From: a virus
Taxonomy: Duplodnaviria > Heunggongvirae > Uroviricota > Caudoviricetes
Length of the DNA: 64,000 nt
Strand: one strand, 5' to 3'
IMG/VR virus record: IMGVR_UViG_3300042562_001169
The notes beneath the pieces are model-generated. The model was not told the DNA's origin, ran no database searches, and was given only the letters and a program-made list of their open reading frames with translations. Made by a program: the position numbers and the translations under genes. Shown in pieces: positions 18,751 to 27,330 of this stretch. The stretch's first letter is position 1, and each line of letters starts with the position of its first letter.

Positions 18751-19358
18751 TGGAAGGATACATTTATTTAGGGGAATATTACGATGTGATTGGTAGACCT
18801 GTTGCTTTACCGGATAAAAAAATAGGGTTTTCTAAAGTTCCGGTTTCAAGAGAATATCAACTCAATAGAACTAAGTCTCCGATTGGATATAGAGTTCTTG
18901 AAGTTTATAAGGTTGATAATATGAATAAGGTTGAAAAAATGTTACATTCCATATTGGATAGCCGTAGGTTAGTTGGGGAGTGGTTTAGAGATGATGAAGA
19001 TACATTAACCGGTGACTTTATTAACTTTATGATTTCTTATGGTGGTGTAGTATCAAGTATTAGTGAGATTAAAGAATCAAAAGAATTTTTAGAATCTACT
19101 CCTGATACAAGATTAATTGATTTGGCAAACAAATTATGTAACGATACAATATTAATTAGAACTTATTTAGGTAATGACTATGAAGTGACCCTTACAACGA
19201 AAGGCATGTTGGTATTCAATGGGGAGTCATTTGACACACCAAATAAGTTATACAATAATGGGGTGGTAAAGTTTGTTAAAGGTGTTAAAGGTGGTAGTGG
19301 AACAAATAACCTATCACAATTTAAATTTAAATTAACGGGTGAGCGTTTAAAAGATTAA
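18750..19358 (+). CDS. T5orf172/MUG113-like (GIY-YIG-superfamily) domain protein
   Basis: N-terminal GYIYLGEYYDVIG ... KIGFSK ... RRLVGEWF resembles the T5orf172 pattern (GxIY...KIGxT...EWF). Confidence 0.45.
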   Translation: MEGYIYLGEYYDVIGRPVALPDKKIGFSKVPVSREYQLNRTKSPIGYRVLEVYKVDNMNKVEKMLHSILDSRRLVGEWFRDDEDTLTGDFINFMISYGGVVSSISEIKESKEFLESTPDTRLIDLANKLCNDTILIRTYLGNDYEVTLTTKGMLVFNGESFDTPNKLYNNGVVKFVKGVKGGSGTNNLSQFKFKLTGERLKD

Positions 19359-19360
19359 TT

Positions 19361-19696
19361 ATGGAAAAGAAATTAGGAAAGATTGAGTCAATAAGTTTTG
19401 GTCTTGGTGGTTATCAGGGAGCAATGATTGGTCTTCACGTTACATTAGGTAATGGAAGTTGGGGTGTTGGAGATTCAAGAGCCAATTGGGATGCGGAGCA
19501 AATAAAGTGGTCCGAACATAGCAAATGGACAGAAGAAGATAGAGACGGTTGGTATGCTGAAATTATGAGATATGTTTCATCGTTACTAAAAGACGCTAAG
19601 GTTAACTCAGTTGACCAATTAAAAGGAAAACCGGTTGAGGTAACCTTTGATGGTAATATGTTAAAGAGTTGGAGAATACTAACTGAAGTATTATAG
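19361..19696 (+). CDS. hypothetical protein
   Basis: ORF in a coupled block. Confidence 0.45.
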   Translation: MEKKLGKIESISFGLGGYQGAMIGLHVTLGNGSWGVGDSRANWDAEQIKWSEHSKWTEEDRDGWYAEIMRYVSSLLKDAKVNSVDQLKGKPVEVTFDGNMLKSWRILTEVL

Positions 19697-19700
19697 TATT

Positions 19701-19910
19701 ATGGGGTGGAAATCAACAATTGATATTAGTCGTGAAGAAGCAATTAAATTAATTCAGTCAAAGATGTCTGATGAGGTTTTTAAGTCTATGTTAAATAGAG
19801 ATATTGAGTATATGATGGAAGATATGGGGTTTGGAGACAATCCGGATTGGGAATATTTTGGTCATAACTTCTTTGTTGTGAATGAAGTAAAGGAATATGA
19901 AAATGACTAA
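19701..19910 (+). CDS. hypothetical small protein
   Basis: ORF. Confidence 0.4.
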   Translation: MGWKSTIDISREEAIKLIQSKMSDEVFKSMLNRDIEYMMEDMGFGDNPDWEYFGHNFFVVNEVKEYEND

Positions 19911-20097
19911 GTTTAACTACGCAAAGATAGAGACTCCGGATGGTGAACTTGTAGGGTATATTGCTATGGAGATTGACACAGAGAATGAAGTGGCGGTGTT
20001 AGATTATGTTGCAGATAATGGATACGTTTTAATCAAATCCACAAAGGAAGAATATGATGGTGCCGATGATGAATACACCGAAATTGAGATAAGATAA
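19897..20097 (+). CDS. hypothetical small acidic protein
   Basis: ORF. Confidence 0.4.
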   Translation: MKMTKFNYAKIETPDGELVGYIAMEIDTENEVAVLDYVADNGYVLIKSTKEEYDGADDEYTEIEIR

Positions 20098-20101
20098 TAA
20101 T

Positions 20102-20128
20102 AACCCCCACAATGATTGGGGGTTTTTA
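20102..20128 (+). terminator. rho-independent terminator
   Basis: aacccccacaatgattgggggttttta. Confidence 0.7.
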
Positions 20129-20149
20129 ATTTATATGATATTTATTGTT

Positions 20150-20344
20150 ATGAAGTTAATTATAACAGAGTCACAATATGAAACCATCAACGAGATGATT
20201 AAACTTAACATTAAGGTAGGTGATACCATTATGGGTGGAAAATTTAAGAACAAGAAGGTTGTTGTGAAGACAATCGACAAGAATGAAAAGGGGGATATTA
20301 CAATAAACGGTAAACCATTGTTACGTTTTAGAATCATAGAATAA
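20150..20344 (+). CDS. MKIIITE-family paralog (MKLIITESQYETINEMIKL)
   Basis: The internal ATG at 20150 reproduces the family leader. The track start at 20135 lies within the terminator tail. Confidence 0.5.
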   Translation: MKLIITESQYETINEMIKLNIKVGDTIMGGKFKNKKVVVKTIDKNEKGDITINGKPLLRFRIIE

Positions 20345-20673
20345 TGAAGATATTGATTAAAGAAGATAAAAGAGATAGAATTGCCAAACGGTTATTAACT
20401 GAGGAATTCTCCGGAATGTATGAAGATGTTAATTATATGACAGATTCACGGGGGGAACACAAAACAATCGAATACCGTAATGGTGAAGGAATCATAATGA
20501 TTTACGGTAATACTGATAATATTTTATATATCTGTGAAGATGTCACTCGTCCACTTAATCTACTTAGTTACACACCAAAACAACTTAAAGATGTTATTGG
20601 TGAATGGTTCTCAGAGTTTTTTGAATTACCGGTTCAATATATTCATCACGTAAATAAATCAGTGTTAAACTAA
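20344..20673 (+). CDS. MKIIITE-family paralog (MKILIKEDKRDR... C-term EWFSEFFELPVQYI)
   Basis: Carries both the N-terminal and the C-terminal family motifs. Confidence 0.55.
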   Translation: MKILIKEDKRDRIAKRLLTEEFSGMYEDVNYMTDSRGEHKTIEYRNGEGIIMIYGNTDNILYICEDVTRPLNLLSYTPKQLKDVIGEWFSEFFELPVQYIHHVNKSVLN

Positions 20674-20674
20674 T

Positions 20675-21268
20675 ATGAAAGAGTTAATTAAAAAAATATT
20701 ACGAGAGGAAGTTCAGAAGAGATTTACAAAATCTAATCAAAGTTTTGAGCGTCTTATTATTAAACAGATGGAGTCTTTAATATCCGAAACAAATAGAGTT
20801 GTTGTCCCACCTGAAGAGAATTATGGAAACTTTAATGAGGAGTGGTGTAAAGGTGATAAAATTATTATGCAGGCAAGATACTTTTTCAGTAGTGAAGATA
20901 GTGATGAAGAAAAGTTTTTTGGTGGTGATTTATATGTTAATAAAGAAGAAATTGATTTTTTATCTCAAATGTTACAGGTTAGAAAACCCTATTTACTTAA
21001 TGTAATTACCGAATGGTATGATGAGAAATACGCTACCAAGTTTGGTCAAGAAACCGGACACCCGGAATTGGAGATTGATGAGACTCACGAAACGGATAGT
21101 GACCATAAATGTTATAAAATGATTAATACTTCAAACCTAAGTAGAGAATATATGATTGATTATATTGATACAAATACATTATATAAACTTAGTGAATTGG
21201 AAAAACTACCTGATGATGAGTTAGAAAGAAAATACCGAAGTGTTTATAATATCCAATTAAATAAGTAA
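20675..21268 (+). CDS. family paralog, ILREE-type leader (MKELIKKILREEVQKR)
   Basis: Tandem array member. Confidence 0.55.
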   Translation: MKELIKKILREEVQKRFTKSNQSFERLIIKQMESLISETNRVVVPPEENYGNFNEEWCKGDKIIMQARYFFSSEDSDEEKFFGGDLYVNKEEIDFLSQMLQVRKPYLLNVITEWYDEKYATKFGQETGHPELEIDETHETDSDHKCYKMINTSNLSREYMIDYIDTNTLYKLSELEKLPDDELERKYRSVYNIQLNK

Positions 21269-21648
21269 TGAAAGTATTAATAACTGAGAGCAGATTAGAA
21301 AGTTTAATCATTGATTACTTAAATGATTCGTATTACCCTGATTATGGGTGGGCAAATCCTGATGTTTATCAAAAAGATGTTAAACAATATGGTGATGTTC
21401 TTTTCTTTGTTGATGACCGAGAATCTTATATTTATTATGGTTGTAATGCAAACGCCGGTCCGGAAGATGAGTTCTTTGCGGGTTATGGTCATCTACATAA
21501 TTATAAATGTCCTTTACTGTCAATATACCCCCTTATAACTCAAAGATTGGATTCTACTTTTGGTGACATATGGAAACCAATATTCAAGAAATGGTTTGAA
21601 GATAATACAGGGTTAGAGGTTACTCAATTAACAACAAATTTCATATAA
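21268..21648 (+). CDS. MKIIITE-family paralog (MKVLITESRLESLIIDYLND... C-term KKWFEDNTGLEVTQL)
   Basis: Carries both the N-terminal and the C-terminal family motifs. Confidence 0.55.
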   Translation: MKVLITESRLESLIIDYLNDSYYPDYGWANPDVYQKDVKQYGDVLFFVDDRESYIYYGCNANAGPEDEFFAGYGHLHNYKCPLLSIYPLITQRLDSTFGDIWKPIFKKWFEDNTGLEVTQLTTNFI

Positions 21649-21947
21649 TGAAAGTATTAATAAAGGAAAGTAAGTATAATAATTTAATTGAGAACTATAT
21701 CCTCAATGGTTATCCTGTAGTTAAAAACGTGACATTTACAACAAAGGATGTTTACTTGGCTAGTGGTAATAAAAGTGAGAGAAGAACAATTCAAAGAAAC
21801 ATCATTAATGTTGGGTTTAGAGGAGGTGAGATGCAGAATAGTCCAACACGAACATTAAGAGAAATTAGAGCTGATATTAATCGTATGTTTGGTTTGGATA
21901 TTGATATGTCAGGTTCACATTGGGGTATTGAGTATAAAATGTTGTAA
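21648..21947 (+). CDS. MKIIITE-family paralog (MKVLIKESKYNNLIENYILNGYP)
   Basis: Tandem array member. Confidence 0.55.
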   Translation: MKVLIKESKYNNLIENYILNGYPVVKNVTFTTKDVYLASGNKSERRTIQRNIINVGFRGGEMQNSPTRTLREIRADINRMFGLDIDMSGSHWGIEYKML

Positions 21948-21949
21948 GT

Positions 21950-22279
21950 ATGAGAATAGTAATCACAGAAAATAAAAGAGATATGTTATTTAGAGAGGAG
22001 TTTAAAAACCTGTTTAATAAATTAACTCCAACAAGAGCCGGACATACCGAGAACATTATCTACATATACTTTGATGAGGTATATGATGATAATGCGGTTA
22101 CAGGGTTGGTATATAGACCAAGTAATCGTCAATTAATTATATATCCGGATTACTTTATTAGTTTAAGAATGTTTGTTTCATCTGAAGAAGAACTAAAGGA
22201 AATGATAGGAATATGTTATGAGGAATTAACTGATAAAATAGTTAGATATTCTTGGATTTGGATAGATAATGAGTTATGA
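21950..22279 (+). CDS. MKIIITE-family paralog (MRIVITENKRDMLFREEF)
   Basis: Tandem array member. Confidence 0.55.
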   Translation: MRIVITENKRDMLFREEFKNLFNKLTPTRAGHTENIIYIYFDEVYDDNAVTGLVYRPSNRQLIIYPDYFISLRMFVSSEEELKEMIGICYEELTDKIVRYSWIWIDNEL

Positions 22280-22605
22280 AAATATTAATCACAGAAAATA
22301 AAAGATACCAATTAGCCTACAAGATATTAGACGATATTTTGAATGGATTGACTCGTGAGGACATTGATTTAAATAAGGATTCCGTATTTAGTAACCAACA
22401 AATAATATTCAGAGATAACAGCGATGACATTTTTATGTGGTGGTCCGAAAAATACGATTTATTGGAAGTTAATAAAGTTATGTGGGAACCACTAAGATTG
22501 TTCTCATTCAGTGGAGAAGAACTTGAAAGAGTTATTCATTGGTGGGTTAAAAATAGATTAAGAATAGAACCGGAGGAGATTAATTTAATTGGTGACTATT
22601 ATTAA
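22276..22605 (+). CDS. MKIIITE-family paralog (MKILITENKRYQLAYKILDD... C-term HWWVKNRLRIEPEEI)
   Basis: Tandem array member. Confidence 0.55.
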   Translation: MKILITENKRYQLAYKILDDILNGLTREDIDLNKDSVFSNQQIIFRDNSDDIFMWWSEKYDLLEVNKVMWEPLRLFSFSGEELERVIHWWVKNRLRIEPEEINLIGDYY

Positions 22606-22656
22606 ATGTCTTTTATTCTGAACAAAAACAATAATAATGTCCGTAATAACGGACAT

Positions 22657-22714
22657 TTACATTTATTCCTACGTAAAAGTGTTGCCAATTACATTTATTC
22701 CTACGTAAAAGTGT
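22657..22714. repeat. perfect 26-nt direct repeat x2 (ttacatttattcctacgtaaaagtgt) with a 6-nt spacer, preceded by the hairpin aatgtccgtaataacggacatt
   Basis: Copies at 22657-22682 and 22689-22714, in a convergent intergenic region. Confidence 0.8.
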
Positions 22715-22777
22715 AATCAACAAATATATTTCATTTGTATAACTCCACACAATGTGTAGTGGAACGCAAACAGAATA

Positions 22778-23056
22778 TTACTTCATATTCTTTAACACAG
22801 CCTCCAACATAGAGATAGATTCCTTATCTTTTTTTGATTTCACTGACTTAGAATTAAGATACTCCAACGACTCAACCATCTCCTGTTTTTTATCCATAGG
22901 TTTGAAAGGGGAGTTTGGAACATTAATAGACTGTTTAACAACTTGTGGTTGATAAACGGGAGGAGTCACGTTAGGGTATAACGTATTATATACCTTGATG
23001 GCATTATCGGACCCCTTAGTGGTTAGACGAATGATTAAGTATTTAAGTAGTTTCAT
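22778..23056 (-). CDS. hypothetical protein (92 aa)
   Basis: Preferred over the overlapping plus-strand ORF 22752-22952. Confidence 0.4.
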   Translation of the reverse strand: MKLLKYLIIRLTTKGSDNAIKVYNTLYPNVTPPVYQPQVVKQSINVPNSPFKPMDKKQEMVESLEYLNSKSVKSKKDKESISMLEAVLKNMK

Positions 23057-23104
23057 ATTTCAAAGATACAACATATTTTTTGTTCTCACAAGATATTTAT
23101 CACT

Positions 23105-23512
23105 ATGGACATACAGGAAAACGTATATAGAATTAAACAAATAATGACTGAAGGTAAGGACGCTTATGTCTCAAGAGCTCGTTCTGACCAAGAGTATGAG
23201 GAAGAATATCCAAAATGGAAAAAAACTATAATTAAACTTTTAGAGATGGAAATAGATTCAAAGGCAGAAATTAACAATGGTAAAATAATAGTTTTGCTTA
23301 ATGGGAAAAACCTTGACAAAAATCTAATTAAATATGATAAAATAAATGAAAGATTATGGTATGATTATTCCTTACAAGAAAATTTGGAAGGTTATATACC
23401 ATACGGTTATTTATCAAGACATTTTAAATACGGACTTCAGGACTTCTTCAAAAAACATTTCCCGGACTATGGTGTTAGAGAACTAACGGCTGCGAGTTTA
23501 GTAAGTTACTAA
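23105..23512 (+). CDS. family paralog, MNLNE-type leader variant (MDIQENVYRIKQIMTEGKD)
   Basis: gatatttatcact lies before the ATG. Confidence 0.5.
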   Translation: MDIQENVYRIKQIMTEGKDAYVSRARSDQEYEEEYPKWKKTIIKLLEMEIDSKAEINNGKIIVLLNGKNLDKNLIKYDKINERLWYDYSLQENLEGYIPYGYLSRHFKYGLQDFFKKHFPDYGVRELTAASLVSY

Positions 23513-23517
23513 TGAAA

Positions 23518-23919
23518 TTATTCCAATAAATGTTTAACATCGTTATAACTTTTATTGTTATCCATACAAAAATCATATAGTTTTATAACACTATCAATCT
23601 CGGGGTGTTTATTTTTAATCCATTCCATCATAACAATATTAAATTTGTCAGAAGGTAAAGATAACATAGGTGCAAGTAGGTTTGAGAATCCGTAAATACC
23701 TTTGACAGTATAACCATCATTTATATATGTTACATTCTGACCGGTCCCAAATATTTTTTTCTTACGTCGTTTAATTCCGATAATTGATTGTTTCCCATAA
23801 GAAAATAAAAAATAACCATTCATACTGACAACCAATACTTCTTCCAACGAGGTTATCTCGTTAATTTTAGGATAGAATACACTAATGTATTTGTCTATTA
23901 TTTTAAGTTGGTCCAACAT
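23518..23919 (-). CDS. hypothetical protein
   Basis: ORF coupled to 23919-24197. Confidence 0.45.
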   Translation of the reverse strand: MLDQLKIIDKYISVFYPKINEITSLEEVLVVSMNGYFLFSYGKQSIIGIKRRKKKIFGTGQNVTYINDGYTVKGIYGFSNLLAPMLSLPSDKFNIVMMEWIKNKHPEIDSVIKLYDFCMDNNKSYNDVKHLLE

Positions 23920-24197
23920 TACACTTTGAAGATAAATTCTTTAGACATATTCTTTTTACACTCAGTTCCGATTGGGAACATACCTTGACTATTAGAAACA
24001 TCTTCACAGTCAACAGCAAGCCAATCAGTAGTCATATGAACCATAAACTTTACTTGTTCCGGTTTCATAGGTTTGTTACAACAAACACATCTCTCGGTGT
24101 GTCCATCCTTTTGTAATCTTTCGTTTTTATCGAAGTTAGGGCTGATGTATAGTTCGGTAGTGTTCATAATAATATCATTTAGATTACAAAGATACAA
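23919..24197 (-). CDS. hypothetical Cys-rich protein (possible zinc ribbon: CVCC...C..C)
   Basis: ORF. Confidence 0.45.
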   Translation of the reverse strand: MYLCNLNDIIMNTTELYISPNFDKNERLQKDGHTERCVCCNKPMKPEQVKFMVHMTTDWLAVDCEDVSNSQGMFPIGTECKKNMSKEFIFKV

Positions 24198-24244
24198 TTA
24201 TATTTTTATTTGACAAAATAACTTTCAATGATTATTATTGTTGT

Positions 24245-24493
24245 ATGAGAATTAAAGCGATATATAAGAAAAACTTAAAGATGAGTGAGGGTAAAGTGGC
24301 GGCACAGATTGCTCACGCAGTTAAGAATTTGGGAATAACACCGGTTGATAGTGATATCATAGTATTAAAGGTGTCAGATAAGAAGTTTGATGAGTTAACA
24401 TCACAGAATGATTGTTACATTCAAACAGATAAAGGTATGACCGAGGTGGAGTCGGGAACACAAACCGCGGCGGCGTGGATAGAAATACAATAA
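24245..24493 (+). CDS. minimal PTH2-family peptidyl-tRNA hydrolase-like protein
   Basis: MSEGKVAAQIAHAV matches GKGKVAAQCSHAAV. ...IQTDKGMTEVESGTQTAAA matches IQDAGRTQIAPGSQTVLGI of Pth2. Confidence 0.55.
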   Translation: MRIKAIYKKNLKMSEGKVAAQIAHAVKNLGITPVDSDIIVLKVSDKKFDELTSQNDCYIQTDKGMTEVESGTQTAAAWIEIQ

Positions 24494-24774
24494 TGATATT
24501 ACCTGCTGACTACACAAAATTAACCCAACCACAAAGGAGGGAAGTTAGACTACAATATATCAAGGAACAGAATAATCTTTGTATGTATTGTGGTGAAACA
24601 TTATATGAAGGCGCACCCGAAAGAATAACAAAAAAACCAATTACTTGGGGTTTATTTCCTCCGGGATTTTTAGACCACCCAATCCATCTTCAACATTGTC
24701 ATAAGACTAATATGACTGAAGGTGCCGTCCATAGTTATTGTAATGCCGTTCTATGGCAATACGAGGGGAGATAA
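24493..24774 (+). CDS. HNH / endonuclease VII-like zinc-finger protein
   Basis: ATGA overlap with the PTH2 stop. CMYCGE ... HLQHCHKTNMTEGAVHSYCNAVL resembles the Endo VII motif DHDHxTGxxRGLLCxxCN. Confidence 0.45.
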   Translation: MILPADYTKLTQPQRREVRLQYIKEQNNLCMYCGETLYEGAPERITKKPITWGLFPPGFLDHPIHLQHCHKTNMTEGAVHSYCNAVLWQYEGR

Positions 24775-24783
24775 AATTAAACG

Positions 24784-24810
24784 AGGGAAAGTAATTTTTC
24801 CCTTTTTTTT
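24784..24810 (+). terminator. rho-independent terminator
   Basis: gagggaaagtaatttttccc followed by tttttttt. Confidence 0.6.
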
Positions 24811-24822
24811 ATATTTATAGTT

Positions 24823-25593
24823 ATGAACTTACACGAAGATATACAAAGAATAAGACAAATGATGATTTCTGAGGAGATGGTCCAATCAGATGCGTGGAAA
24901 TCAATCAAAAAAACATTAGACATTCTTAAAAAGAAAAAGAAAGTTTTAATCTTAAGTTGTTCCAATAGATATAATTGGGATGAAAAAAACCTTGACATAC
25001 CAAAATCAAAGATGATTGCAATGTATCTTAACGATGAGTTAAAAGACTCAGTGTTAATTGATGTTTCCGAACTTAACATTGTTCCTTGTGAGGGGAATGT
25101 ATCAAGAAAAGACGGGAACAGTTGTGGATTACTTAAATCTATGCTCAAAGATAAGAAAAAGAATCCATCCGGAGACCATAGATGTTGGGCAAGTTATAAC
25201 AATCCAAAGGATGAGTTATGGAAGATATCCAAAGAGTTATTTGAGTCAGATGCTGTTGTATTCTTTAGTTCAATTAGATGGGGACAAACCAATATGTTCT
25301 ATCAGAATTTAATTGAGCGATTGACTTGGATTGAGAACAGACACGCAACATTGGGGGAATCAAATCTTGTTAAAGATATTGAGACAGGATTCATTTGTGT
25401 TGGACAGAATTGGAATGGTGAGAACGTAACTGAAACACAGAAAGAAGTTCATAAGTTTTATGGATTCAAACCAAACAATGACTTGTATTGGAATTGGCAA
25501 TATACCAAAGATGTGAATGATGAAACTCAAAAATCATATAAGGATTCACACAAGAAGTTTATTAAAGATACAAAATTACCTGAAGATAAATAA
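24823..25593 (+). CDS. flavodoxin-like-fold NAD(P)H oxidoreductase-like protein carrying the MNLHEDIQRIRQMM family leader
   Basis: KKVLILSCSNRYNWDEKNL and ESDAVVFFSSIRWGQTNMFYQNLIERL resemble the FMN-reductase/Flavodoxin_2 family motifs. Confidence 0.45.
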   Translation: MNLHEDIQRIRQMMISEEMVQSDAWKSIKKTLDILKKKKKVLILSCSNRYNWDEKNLDIPKSKMIAMYLNDELKDSVLIDVSELNIVPCEGNVSRKDGNSCGLLKSMLKDKKKNPSGDHRCWASYNNPKDELWKISKELFESDAVVFFSSIRWGQTNMFYQNLIERLTWIENRHATLGESNLVKDIETGFICVGQNWNGENVTETQKEVHKFYGFKPNNDLYWNWQYTKDVNDETQKSYKDSHKKFIKDTKLPEDK

Positions 25594-26318
25594 TGAACTT
25601 ACGACATGACATAAAAAGAATATTAAGGGAAGAAACAAATAAAGATTTAACTTCGGTAATAGAAATGTTATTAGAGGGATTTGTTAATGACCACAAAGAC
25701 ATTCTTTGTAAGGTTGAGGTTAAGCACCCGGACAAGAGAACCAAACTACCACATTCGGATAATGTTTATGAGAATTACAGAGCAACATTTTATTTAATTG
25801 CTCATAAAGGTGGGTATTCAACAACAAGAGCTCAATTGATGGATAACGTAATGAATGAGGTGTGGGATTTGGTATATAATTATACCGGACAGAAATTAGA
25901 TATGTTTACCAAACACGTAAAGAGTTGTGACGATATTATAAAAGAGAGTAAAGATAATAGTATTTCTGATATGATAAAAACTTTGGGGGTTTCTGATGCC
26001 ATTAAGTATTTTGGGAATTACTACACAATTGAGCCATACTTAAAAGTGGTTGATAAAGTTAATTTTATTAAAGAAAAAGTTAGAGAATTAAGTGATGATG
26101 GTAGTGGTGTTGGTTTACACGAGATAAATGAAGAGCCACTTCATTATAGTGATGAAGATGGGGAGGAACATCAAATAGAATGGTTAGGACTAACAAGTGT
26201 AGACATTAGTGTATATGAAGATGAGTATAGTGGTCATTTAAGGGACTATTATTCTAAGTATGAAAGTTTACCTGTGCAAATAATTGAGGAATTGGTTGAG
26301 ATATTATTAAACCACTAA
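25593..26318 (+). CDS. family paralog (MNLRHDIKRILREETNKD)
   Basis: Tandem array member, coupled start. Confidence 0.5.
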   Translation: MNLRHDIKRILREETNKDLTSVIEMLLEGFVNDHKDILCKVEVKHPDKRTKLPHSDNVYENYRATFYLIAHKGGYSTTRAQLMDNVMNEVWDLVYNYTGQKLDMFTKHVKSCDDIIKESKDNSISDMIKTLGVSDAIKYFGNYYTIEPYLKVVDKVNFIKEKVRELSDDGSGVGLHEINEEPLHYSDEDGEEHQIEWLGLTSVDISVYEDEYSGHLRDYYSKYESLPVQIIEELVEILLNH

Positions 26319-26321
26319 GAT

Positions 26322-26867
26322 ATGAATTTAAACGAGAACATACATAGAATCCATCAGATGATGGGTGTAGTGAGTGAAGATGTGAGTCCAAACACTGTTA
26401 AAACAATAATTGATATATTAGGTATTAGAGATGCTATTAATTATTATGGGGGTTATGAGAACCTTAAAAAATATCTAAATTTGGTTTATGATAGGAAGAG
26501 TGGTAAATGGGTGCACGCGAGTACATTACAGACCAATCCTGTTGATTTAAATACTATTACATCAAGAGAAGATAAGATTGAGTTTATTAAGGATACAATT
26601 TTTACTCAATACTACGGATTGTTTACTTATGGAGATGAAGGTTGGGACGAGAGTGATTATTCTGTGTTAGAGAGTACTGAAACTTATGAAAAGGTAGCAT
26701 TTACATACTATACTGATGAATTAAATGTAACAACATTTTATAGAAATGAGAATGGTGAGTTTTCATCTCAAACCGAAAATGATGACCATAGTGAAACAAT
26801 TAAATATGAGGATTTACCGGATGATATGATTAATAACGCATTTGAGTTTATAGCTAAAAAAATTTAA
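26322..26867 (+). CDS. family paralog (MNLNENIHRIHQMMGVVSED)
   Basis: Tandem array member. Confidence 0.5.
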   Translation: MNLNENIHRIHQMMGVVSEDVSPNTVKTIIDILGIRDAINYYGGYENLKKYLNLVYDRKSGKWVHASTLQTNPVDLNTITSREDKIEFIKDTIFTQYYGLFTYGDEGWDESDYSVLESTETYEKVAFTYYTDELNVTTFYRNENGEFSSQTENDDHSETIKYEDLPDDMINNAFEFIAKKI

Positions 26868-26869
26868 TT

Positions 26870-27328
26870 ATGAATTTAAACGAGAACATACATAGAATCC
26901 ATCAGATGATGGGGATTATCAATGAGAATAAAGTGGTTGATGTTGTTCAAGAAATGGGGTTATACCAAGCCACTCGTTATTTTGGGGGTTATGACAAAGT
27001 TACAAAATTAATGGGGGATTATGTGTTCTCAAATGAAGAAATGATTGATTTTATTAGAGAGGCTATAAAACATTTAGCTTACAAACATAATTCAACCGGG
27101 ATATCTACGTATGAATTAAATATGAATTCTATTCCATATGGTTCTCCTGATGAGGAGTTACATCAAATTGAGTATTTCAACCCGGAGTATGTTACCATAG
27201 ATGTTTATGGTGGTGAAGAGTATGAAAGACACAGAAGTAGTTATACTGAACGATATGAGGATTTGGATGATAATACATTAGATGAGGTTTTCCTGTTTAT
27301 GGTTGACGCAGTAGAACACTACAAATAG
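26870..27328 (+). CDS. family paralog (MNLNENIHRIHQMMGIINEN)
   Basis: The first 15 residues are identical to those of the previous ORF. Confidence 0.5.
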   Translation: MNLNENIHRIHQMMGIINENKVVDVVQEMGLYQATRYFGGYDKVTKLMGDYVFSNEEMIDFIREAIKHLAYKHNSTGISTYELNMNSIPYGSPDEELHQIEYFNPEYVTIDVYGGEEYERHRSSYTERYEDLDDNTLDEVFLFMVDAVEHYK

Positions 27329-27330
27329 AT

